Below are positions 9,631 through 17,351 of a DNA stretch of 19,414 nucleotides, in pieces. The stretch is taken from positions 1-19,414 of the forward strand of contig JAZGDW010000286.1 of assembly GCA_036478295.1 (NCBI GenBank), read 5' to 3'. Origin of the DNA: Candidatus Krumholzibacteriia bacterium. Its GTDB lineage: Bacteria; Krumholzibacteriota; Krumholzibacteriia; WVZY01. A model generated the notes under the pieces. It worked only from the letters and a program-made list of their open reading frames with translations. It ran no database searches and was not told where the DNA came from. A program made the position numbers and the translations under genes. Numbering within the stretch: position 1 is the first letter of the stretch; each line of letters begins with the position of its first letter.

Positions 9631-9660
9631 TCGACAGCCTCCCTGGCGGCGTGCTATAAT
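9631..9660 (+). promoter_or_regulatory. sigma70 promoter with extended -10
   Basis: TCGACA (9631-9636), 18 nt, TATAAT (9655-9660) preceded by TGc. Confidence 0.65.
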
Positions 9661-9666
9661 CAGCCA

Positions 9667-9832
9667 TTAGCAAGTATAGGCAAGAACTTGGTTATCCTCG
9701 GCATTATAAGGCAAGTCGTGGATTTCTAAACAGCTGTAGGCAACAGCTAAAGTGACACCTTAAATAAGCGACAGTTTACTAGGATCTGACCCGACTTAGC
9801 ATCCTAGAGCAACTCGCATGAGGAGGTCAGAA
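9667..9832 (+). promoter_or_regulatory. candidate structured 5' leader with repeated AGGCA-loop hairpins
   Basis: AT-rich relative to the flanks; AGGCAA at 9678, 9709, 9738, each inside a predicted hairpin; fourth hairpin CTAGGAT...ATCCTAG (9779-9807). Confidence 0.45.
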
Positions 9833-10222
9833 ATGACTCGCTTCAGCAAGATTATCCTCCTGATCGCGACGGTGAGCCTGATTACGTCCGCCCCCGCCAT
9901 GGCGGCGGATCCGGATGTCAGCAAGACGGTCCTGACCAGCGAAGGGGACGTCGCCGTCGTCATATTGAGCGTCAAGGCTCGTGGACGCTCGGTCTACGGC
10001 GTGACCATAACGGACGCCACGGAATCGATCGAGGACATCGTCGCGCCCAGCGGCTGGGTTGGCATCGCCAGCGGCGACCGTGTGACATTTCGGACCGTGG
10101 ACACCCCCATCGCGTCCGGAGCATCGCTGGCCTTTCGTCTCGTGACGAAGAACGCGCAGGCGGGTCTGTCCGTTACATTCCGTGACTCCAAGAGCCCATT
10201 CGGCTCCAAGAAGAGCCTGTAG
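9833..10222 (+). CDS. small secreted hypothetical protein, predicted beta-sandwich
   Basis: Strong SD GAGGAGG; signal peptide ending APAMA; alternating hydrophobic/polar beta-strand pattern; own promoter and terminator. Confidence 0.85.
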   Translation: MTRFSKIILLIATVSLITSAPAMAADPDVSKTVLTSEGDVAVVILSVKARGRSVYGVTITDATESIEDIVAPSGWVGIASGDRVTFRTVDTPIASGASLAFRLVTKNAQAGLSVTFRDSKSPFGSKKSL

Positions 10223-10257
10223 ACAGACGTAACAGGAGCGCATGAGCGCGCGCTAAC

Positions 10258-10293
10258 GGGAGGGACCCTCGCACCTAGGGCCCTCCCCTTTTT
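10258..10293 (+). terminator. intrinsic terminator
   Basis: GGGAGGG(A)CCCT-CGCACCT-AGGGCCCTCCC followed by C and TTTTT. Confidence 0.75.
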
Positions 10294-10414
10294 GTTCCTG
10301 AAGATACCCTGCGAGCTTTTTTTCCTGAGATGCCCCGCCGATTTTCGTTCCTGAAGATACCCTGCGAGCTTTTTTTCCTGAGATGCCCCGTCGATTTTTG
10401 TTCCTGAGATACCC
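10289..10414. repeat. tandem repeat array: 5 copies of T-tract + TTCCTGA(A)GATRCCC with 27/26-bp spacing (53-bp higher-order unit)
   Basis: TTCCTG cores start at 10295, 10322, 10348, 10375, 10401. Confidence 0.9.
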
Positions 10415-10512
10415 GGCCCGCAATCCACGCTTCTTGCCGGGCGGCTCCCCTTGTATATTGCCACTATCTGTGCCCTGCCTCTTCCAAACACCGACCCGGG
10501 GAGCAAAACACA

Positions 10513-12564
10513 TTGACCCGTGGCCTGCGCCCAAAACATTTCGCTGTTGCCGCACTCGCCGCAACCCTCCTCGCAGCCTGCGCCCACGGCGGCGACCTCG
10601 ATTCACGTCTGCGCCGCGCCGATGCGGCTGTCGCCCGTGGAGACACCGCTCGCGCCATCCAGCTCCTCACGGGTCCCGTCCATTCCGATGGTGCCACACC
10701 CGTGTTGTACGCGCGCGTGGGGCGCTTGTATTGTTCGAGGAACACGATCGTCGACCGGCTGCGGGCGCAGACAATCCTCGAAGAAGGGCTGCGGCGTTTC
10801 CCCGACGACATCGGCATTCTCATGGAACTCGGCAAGACTTATTACCTGCAAACGTTTCATCCGGATGCGGAGCGATGCTTCAAGCGGGTGCTCGCCATGG
10901 ACGCTGGGCACTGTGACGCGCACTACTACCTGGGCCGCAACTGGTTTCGCAAGTGGAGGCACATTCAAGTGTATAGTGAGTACCTCGCTTCGGCCCGCGA
11001 GCATTTCCGAAGGACAACGCAATGCGACCGCGACAACCGTGACGCACTCTACAAGTTCGCTTTTTCCTGCTACGTGCTGGGCGACAGCACCGAAGCTATC
11101 CGCGCGTGCGAGTCGCTGCTCGCGCGGTATTCCGATGCGCCCGAAGCCTCGTTTCTTCTGGGTGTGATCGCGTTCGAGCACGACGATTTCGACGAGGCCG
11201 TAGCCAGGTTCAACTCGTCGCTCCTGCTGCTGTCCGCAGAGGAACGCGAAAGCTTCGCCGACATCGCGCTGTTGCTGAACGAGGAACAACTCGAGGAATA
11301 CGAATACGCCACTGAAGCGATACGCCGCGACATGCAAAGGATCTTCTGGGCGGAGCGCAACCCGGATCCCACCTCAAGGGTAAACGTGAGATATGTCGAG
11401 CACGTCTACCGCATGGTGCTAACCGACGCCTTCTACCAGCTCAAGCGGCCCGCTCTTCGTGGCTGGGAGACGGAGCGCGGCAAGGCGCTCGTCAAGTTCG
11501 GCAGACCGGCCGCCATCCGCACGACGCTGGAGGGCCAATTCCTGAGCGGGCGCAAAGAGATCTGGAAATACGGCAGTGGTGAATTGGGGTTCACGTTCGT
11601 CTTCATGGATGAATTCCTGAACGGCAATTACATGGTGCCGATGGACTACCGCTATTCTTCCATCGCCCAGGCGTTGAACCTCGACGAACCGGTGTCGTCC
11701 TACGTGTCACCGTACGAATCGGTCCCCGGCGTGCTGGACGTGTTCTCGTTTCGCGATCGTTCCTCGACCTCCGTCTACCTGGCGCTGAAGATCGATATGG
11801 ACAGTCTCGAATACCACATGAACCTCGACGGCGCGGGCAGTTTCGTGGCGCGAACGTCCTTTTTTGACCGGGAGTGGCGGCAGACCTTTTACTACGAGGA
11901 TACGCTGAGCGCCGAGCCCATCCGCCGCGAGAGCGACACGGGGGCACCATGGTATTACCTTGTCAAGGGCTACGATTTGCCGTTCGATTTCCACCGTGTC
12001 GCTTTCAGCCTCGTGGACGACACCGAGCGGGGCCAGGCTCTCGTCCAGGCGGAAACGAACACTCTCTCCTACCTGAGCGATTCACTCGCCCTCAGCGATA
12101 TTCTCCTCTACCGATTGGCGCAGACCCCGGGCAGCCAGGGCGCCGTCATCCGCCGCGGCGACAAACAGTTTCTCGCGAACCCGGGTGGCGCGTACTCGCA
12201 AGCGGAGAAACTGCTGCTTTACGTGGAAATCTACAACCTGCGCGTCCCCGGGTCCGGTGCGGATTATGACATTACGTATTCGATCTACGACTTGACGGCC
12301 GACTCGCCGACCGGTTGGGCAAGACTCACGAAGGGTTTGAAATCCATGATGGGTTTCGGGTCGGAATCCGATCCCGTCATTTCACAAACTCTGGAACGCA
12401 AGAGTTTCCGGCACCAATCATCGGAGGAGCTGGCGATCGATATCGGCGCGCTACGGGCCGGCGGCTACGTGCTGACCGTTGCCGTGCACGACAGGATCTC
12501 CGGTGAGACCGCGCGGCGCTCGGCGGCTTTTACCAAGGAGATTGTCCTGCAAGACGGCCGCTGA
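10513..12564 (+). CDS. GWxTD-domain protein with N-terminal TPRs, probable lipoprotein
   Basis: Lipobox LLAAC; TPR units; FWAERNPDPTSRVN...R...GWETERGKALVKFGRP...EIWKY; C-terminal Ig-like LSDILL...YVEIYNL...GGYVLTVAVHD; TTG start. Confidence 0.88.
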   Translation: MTRGLRPKHFAVAALAATLLAACAHGGDLDSRLRRADAAVARGDTARAIQLLTGPVHSDGATPVLYARVGRLYCSRNTIVDRLRAQTILEEGLRRFPDDIGILMELGKTYYLQTFHPDAERCFKRVLAMDAGHCDAHYYLGRNWFRKWRHIQVYSEYLASAREHFRRTTQCDRDNRDALYKFAFSCYVLGDSTEAIRACESLLARYSDAPEASFLLGVIAFEHDDFDEAVARFNSSLLLLSAEERESFADIALLLNEEQLEEYEYATEAIRRDMQRIFWAERNPDPTSRVNVRYVEHVYRMVLTDAFYQLKRPALRGWETERGKALVKFGRPAAIRTTLEGQFLSGRKEIWKYGSGELGFTFVFMDEFLNGNYMVPMDYRYSSIAQALNLDEPVSSYVSPYESVPGVLDVFSFRDRSSTSVYLALKIDMDSLEYHMNLDGAGSFVARTSFFDREWRQTFYYEDTLSAEPIRRESDTGAPWYYLVKGYDLPFDFHRVAFSLVDDTERGQALVQAETNTLSYLSDSLALSDILLYRLAQTPGSQGAVIRRGDKQFLANPGGAYSQAEKLLLYVEIYNLRVPGSGADYDITYSIYDLTADSPTGWARLTKGLKSMMGFGSESDPVISQTLERKSFRHQSSEELAIDIGALRAGGYVLTVAVHDRISGETARRSAAFTKEIVLQDGR

Positions 12565-12955
12565 CCGTCGGGGGTGGTGGCGGCGGCTTCTGAACCGGGG
12601 GTGGCGGCGGCGTATCGGTATCCCCCCTGATAAAGACCTCGATGAAGAAAAACGCCACGAATCCCGCTACCACCGTCCACAGAAAAACTTCTTTCACCAC
12701 GTTCCGTTTCTCTTCCTCTTCCTCCGGAAATTCGTACTCTGTCGTATCGGCGTAGGCGAACGCCGCCGGCAGCCGCCCGGCGTGTCTCGAATTGCCGCCC
12801 GCTAACACCAGCGCCGCGGCTGTAGCGGCCGTTTCCCGCCCCACGGGCCAATCGGTCGTCGCCGGCGTGCCCGCCGGGATTCCCGCCGGAAGCGAAAACA
12901 CCACCAGGGTGAGGCACATAAACCACATCATTAATTTTGCCGGTAAGCTGCGCAT
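12530..12955 (-). CDS. hypothetical membrane protein (signal peptide, acidic stretch, TM helix, polyproline tail)
   Basis: SD AAGAGG before ATG 12955; hydrophobic N-terminus; EEEEE; TM VFLWTVVAGFVAFFFIEVFI; two poly-Pro runs; overlaps the convergent gene end by 35 nt. Confidence 0.7.
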   Translation of the reverse strand: MRSLPAKLMMWFMCLTLVVFSLPAGIPAGTPATTDWPVGRETAATAAALVLAGGNSRHAGRLPAAFAYADTTEYEFPEEEEEKRNVVKEVFLWTVVAGFVAFFFIEVFIRGDTDTPPPPPVQKPPPPPPTVSGRLAGQSPW

Positions 12956-12971
12956 CCGTAACCTCTTATAT

Positions 12972-13000
12972 ATGATAAAAAGGCACGACTCGCTTGACAA
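12972..13000 (-). promoter_or_regulatory. sigma70 promoter of the 12955 gene
   Basis: Minus strand: TTGTCA (13000-12995), 17 nt, TATCAT (12977-12972). Confidence 0.6.
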
Positions 13001-13022
13001 TATGAATCATACAAAATAAGTT
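12994..13022 (+). promoter_or_regulatory. sigma70 promoter pointing into a non-coding structured region
   Basis: Perfect TTGACA (12994-12999), 17 nt, TAAGTT (13017-13022). Confidence 0.6.
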
Positions 13023-13028
13023 GGTAGT

Positions 13029-13110
13029 GCTACCAGCCAGCCACGTTTTACGTGGATGGTGTAGCCAAAGGGGGTTTGTCTTGGTCGGCAACAACCCCCT
13101 TTGTCTTTGT
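13029..13110 (+). ncRNA. candidate small RNA (two hairpins, the second terminator-like); no family recognised
   Basis: Promoter upstream; hairpin 13029-13065; hairpin 13066-13103 with an 11-bp perfect outer stem and a U-rich tail; G-U pairs form on the + strand only. Confidence 0.5.
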
Positions 13111-13131
13111 TGGCTAGTGGTGTATTCGGGA

Positions 13132-13731
13132 CTATTCCCCGTGCTTGGAGCCGGTGAGGAGCATGGCCCCGCCGGGAAACAGGTATCGTCCAGCAGATAT
13201 GTAGGAAAGAATCATGACCACTCCCAGGGTCATCAGAACCGGGTAATGGAGGAATGCAAACCCGCCGTTGAGGATGTATGCGTAAACCAGAATCGCCGCG
13301 CCGCCAATGCTCTGCACGATCATCTTCGCCTTGCCGAATCGGTCCGAGGGAAAGGACGCTCCGCGCCGGCGAAAGCTGCGCAGGCGCGAAGAGGTGACGA
13401 CGACGTCGCGCCCCACCACGAGCCCAAACAGCGCCCAGATGATGATCGATTGCATGTTCACGACGATGACACCGTAGACCACGATCATAAGCATCTTGTC
13501 CGCCAAGGGATCCATGAAACTGCCCAGGTGCGAGCAGCTCGAGAACCGCCTTGCATACCAGCCGTCGAGCGCGTCGAGGGCAACGCCGACGAGGCACAAC
13601 GCCACTGCCAGTGACGAGAGCCCGCCGACGATGAACAACACCGCGGCAGCCACTGCCAGAACCAACCGCATCGCGGTCATCAGGTTCGGAACGGTGAACG
13701 TATCGCCCGTCATGGCCGTATTCTCTTGCAT
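13132..13731 (-). CDS. CDP-alcohol phosphatidyltransferase (PgsA-like)
   Basis: TVPNLMTAMR; signature DALDGWYARR...LGSFMDPLAD; GKAKM; multiple TM helices; substrate not assignable. Confidence 0.92.
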   Translation of the reverse strand: MQENTAMTGDTFTVPNLMTAMRLVLAVAAAVLFIVGGLSSLAVALCLVGVALDALDGWYARRFSSCSHLGSFMDPLADKMLMIVVYGVIVVNMQSIIIWALFGLVVGRDVVVTSSRLRSFRRRGASFPSDRFGKAKMIVQSIGGAAILVYAYILNGGFAFLHYPVLMTLGVVMILSYISAGRYLFPGGAMLLTGSKHGE

Positions 13732-13867
13732 TATTCGTTCATCTTCCGCGTTCGGAGTTCGCTCGAATTTGTCCGCGACTCCAGGGCGACACGCCGGGTA
13801 TTATGTCTGAAAAGGTCACATGCGACAAGCGACATCGACCGGCCCGGCCGTGCTGAGGATCGCCGTC

Positions 13868-14527
13868 ATGGAGCAAAAGAACCGCAAGAAACACTGGATC
13901 GTCATCGTGTCCATTGCCGTGCTGTTGCACGTCGCACTCTTCTATACCGTCAAACCAGGCTTTTTCGCCGTGTTCAAGAAAACCGTCGACGCCGACGGGG
14001 GTGACGGGGCCGGCCAGCCGATCCCGCCCCACTACATCATCAGCATTCCGGTGGAAATCGACGATTCGCACAGCCCGGATATTGAGCAAAATCCAGTCCA
14101 GGAACCCACGACAAAGGTCTCGGTCGACCACCCGGCGACGGAGAGTCCTGTAACTCCGGTCACGAAAGAGGGTTACTCCGACGAACCGGCTGCCGACGTC
14201 GAGAGCCTTGTCGGAGATGCCCCGCAAACACTGCCGGATAATATCGGCCCCCCAGCGGTCGTAATCCCGCCGCGGCCTGTGGAGATCACCTGGCCCGATA
14301 CGCGCCGTCTCAAAAACTGCCTGGGACGGCATGTGGACGTCCAGATCGAGGTCTCATCGGACGGCAGCATTCTCCAGGTCAAGGTGGCCGATGCCTCGCA
14401 GCCCGCCGAGTGCGTCGCCGCGGCTCTCCAATCGGCGCGGCTCATCATCTTCGAACCCGGGGTCAAGGATGGGCTGCCGGTAACGATGTGGACCCGTGTT
14501 CGCATCGAATTCCGCAAGAAGGGCTAG
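13868..14527 (+). CDS. TonB-family energy transducer (TonB C-terminal domain)
   Basis: N-terminal TM with SIAVLLH; Pro/acidic linker; C-terminal VDVQIEVSSDGSILQVKV...AALQSAR...FEPGVKDGLPV...IEF; start 13868 preferred (ORF open from 13820). Confidence 0.85.
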   Translation: MEQKNRKKHWIVIVSIAVLLHVALFYTVKPGFFAVFKKTVDADGGDGAGQPIPPHYIISIPVEIDDSHSPDIEQNPVQEPTTKVSVDHPATESPVTPVTKEGYSDEPAADVESLVGDAPQTLPDNIGPPAVVIPPRPVEITWPDTRRLKNCLGRHVDVQIEVSSDGSILQVKVADASQPAECVAAALQSARLIIFEPGVKDGLPVTMWTRVRIEFRKKG

Positions 14528-14546
14528 CCGACCGGCCCGGGTCCAC

Positions 14547-14577
14547 AAAAAGAGGTCTCGCGATTCGCGAAACCTCT
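14547..14577 (-). terminator. intrinsic terminator between convergent genes
   Basis: Minus strand AGAGGTTTCGCG-AAT-CGCGAGACCTCT then TTTT. Confidence 0.7.
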
Positions 14578-14625
14578 CTATTAGTCGTCTTTAGCCGGAT
14601 CTGGTTACAAGTAATCCGGTCAGAT

Positions 14626-15390
14626 TCACCACAGCTCGCGCTCAGCGTACACATCGTAAATGCGCAGCGTGAAATCCGCCGTCTCGCCGATGATCTCCGG
14701 AATGTCGTCACCGTTGGTGTCCAGGAGCACGATGCGGCTGCCAAAACCCTCCTCGAATTCGTAGTCTACGTTGTAGAAACGCGAGTCGATCACAAACCCC
14801 GTGTTGAGAATTATTTCCGGCTGGGGGTCGTTGTCCACGTTGGCCAGAAGGATCTCCTTGGCGGAGAACTTGCGCTGGCTCTGCCATTCGATTGTCTTGT
14901 GCACGCTGTCGTAGATGTACAGGAGCGAGTTCGCGACGAAGATCAGCTCATCCTGCGGATCGCGGTCGATATTCTGCGAGGTCATGCACTCGATGGTCTC
15001 GAAGGGGTCCTGCAGGTTTTCCCACAGCAGGTTGCGGTTTCCCGCGTCGTAGATGAGAATACGACCCTGGGTCGTGGCGATGACGATTTCATCGGCACCG
15101 TCCTTGTCGAGGTCCGTCACAAAAAGGGCGCTCGCGCGCGACCCCAACTCCACGCTCTCCCACTCCAGCACGGCGCGTTTGTCCGTGACGTGGTAGAGAT
15201 GGACATGCTGGCGGACATCGGCGTAGATGTATCGCAGGGGCTCTTTATCCGTCTCCTCGAGAACGATGAAATAACTGAACCGTTTCGCGATATTCTTCAG
15301 GTGATCGAGCGTGATGGGTTCGGAATAGGCTGCCTGAAATCCTCCGCATAACGCAACGGCCAGCAGACCACAGAATAGTTTCTTTTTCAT
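14626..15390 (-). CDS. secreted protein with four FG-GAP/VCBS-like DxDxD Ca-binding repeats
   Basis: SD AAGGAGAGG; signal peptide MKKKLF...; repeats DLDKDGADEIVI, NIDRDPQDELIF, NVDNDPQPEIIL, DTNGDDIPEIIG. Confidence 0.82.
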   Translation of the reverse strand: MKKKLFCGLLAVALCGGFQAAYSEPITLDHLKNIAKRFSYFIVLEETDKEPLRYIYADVRQHVHLYHVTDKRAVLEWESVELGSRASALFVTDLDKDGADEIVIATTQGRILIYDAGNRNLLWENLQDPFETIECMTSQNIDRDPQDELIFVANSLLYIYDSVHKTIEWQSQRKFSAKEILLANVDNDPQPEIILNTGFVIDSRFYNVDYEFEEGFGSRIVLLDTNGDDIPEIIGETADFTLRIYDVYAERELW

Positions 15391-15570
15391 AAGAACGGTC
15401 CCTCTCCTTGTTCGCAGGGGTTTACGCAATCGGGTCCCACGTCCTGACCACTGGACCACCAGCCTGGTCGGGGGCTCTGATTGCCGGTCGCAGCGCCGGT
15501 GGCTGCCCCTAAATTATAGCGGTTCAGGCAATTGGAGCGAAACATCAAAATTGCCGTTCCCAAAAGCGGA

Positions 15571-15598
15571 AAAGAGCGCCGGACGCCCGGCGCTCTTT
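15571..15598 (-). terminator. intrinsic terminator of mdh (possibly bidirectional)
   Basis: Perfect 12-bp stem AAAGAGCGCCGG-ACGC-CCGGCGCTCTTT; U-rich tail on the minus strand. Confidence 0.85.
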
Positions 15599-15626
15599 AT
15601 TCCGAGTATGAACGGCCCTGTCCGTT

Positions 15627-16604
<978 letters not shown>

Positions 16605-16758
16605 TTACCAGGGATGCCTTTGTGGTTAAACGGTCATGGCTCGACTTCATCTTAACGCCGGCGACCGCTTTAACTAAGCGATTTTTTGCGGAACACAGGC
16701 CGGGCGTGTAAAGGCGGGGGCCTATCATCACAGAGCCATTGTTTTTGACGCATTGAGG

Positions 16759-17277
16759 CTAATCTCCGCCGTTCGTTTCGTCGTCCCCGGCAAACTTGTC
16801 GAGCCAGTAATCCGTGTCTCCCATCTCCCTGGGTCGCTTGCCGCCGCGTGTTTCGCGCGCGCTATTCGGGCCGGACGCCGCGCCTCCCACGATCCGCTGC
16901 AGGAACCGTTTCGAGCCGATGACCTCACACCCCATCGTTTTCGCCGCGCGCCCGATGTCCGCCATGTCGGAGGTAACCACGATATACGCCGCCGGATTAC
17001 CCGACTTCTTCAGCGTTGCAACGATGACTTCGTCGGCGGTCTGCGAACTGGCGCTGTAGAGGACCTGCAGCCTGCCGGGGATGACGGTTTCCGCATCCAC
17101 CATGCCGCCCCGCCCGTCGAAGACCACGGTTATCTTCAGCCGCCGCCGCGCCACATAGCCCTTGAGTTTATCGAGAAAATCCCTGCGGGCGCCTTCGACG
17201 TCCCGGCAGGCCTTGCGCCGCAAGGTTTCATCGGTGTAGATGACGTTGTACCCGTCAATGATCACGCGCTGCGACAC
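16759..17277 (-). CDS. YacP/Rae1-like NYN (PIN-fold) domain ribonuclease
   Basis: IIDGYNV, VVFDG, TADEVI, VVTSD acidic motifs; probable GTG start at 17277 after GGAG. Confidence 0.88.
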   Translation of the reverse strand: MSQRVIIDGYNVIYTDETLRRKACRDVEGARRDFLDKLKGYVARRRLKITVVFDGRGGMVDAETVIPGRLQVLYSASSQTADEVIVATLKKSGNPAAYIVVTSDMADIGRAAKTMGCEVIGSKRFLQRIVGGAASGPNSARETRGGKRPREMGDTDYWLDKFAGDDETNGGD

Positions 17278-17351
17278 ACCTCTCCGATCCGCATGAGATC
17301 CGGCCGGTCGCGGGCCCCTCCGCAAGCGACAGGCCAAACGCCAGGCGACCG

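Noticed and set aside
9720..9810. c-di-GMP-I/GEMM riboswitch (CTAAAC...AAAG resemblance)
   Set aside because: Lacks the GGACGC/GGACGG segment, the GNRA tetraloop-receptor arrangement and the P1 pairing.
10289..10414. CRISPR mini-array
   Set aside because: Intervening segments are only about 11-12 nt and are themselves repeated; cores are about 15 nt; no cas genes in the window.
9994..10606. Minus-strand ORFs with repeated peptides (GASQEKKLAGYLQE, GISGKK)
   Set aside because: They are translations of the DNA repeat in different frames, overlap real + strand genes and lack SD support.
13021..13614. + strand 197-aa ORF downstream of the TTGACA promoter
   Set aside because: Its TTG start overlaps the -10 element, it crosses a terminator-like hairpin, and it is antisense to the phosphatidyltransferase gene.
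15391..15512. Riboswitch in the leader of the FG-GAP-like gene
   Set aside because: GC-rich but no recognisable aptamer motif or convincing expression platform.
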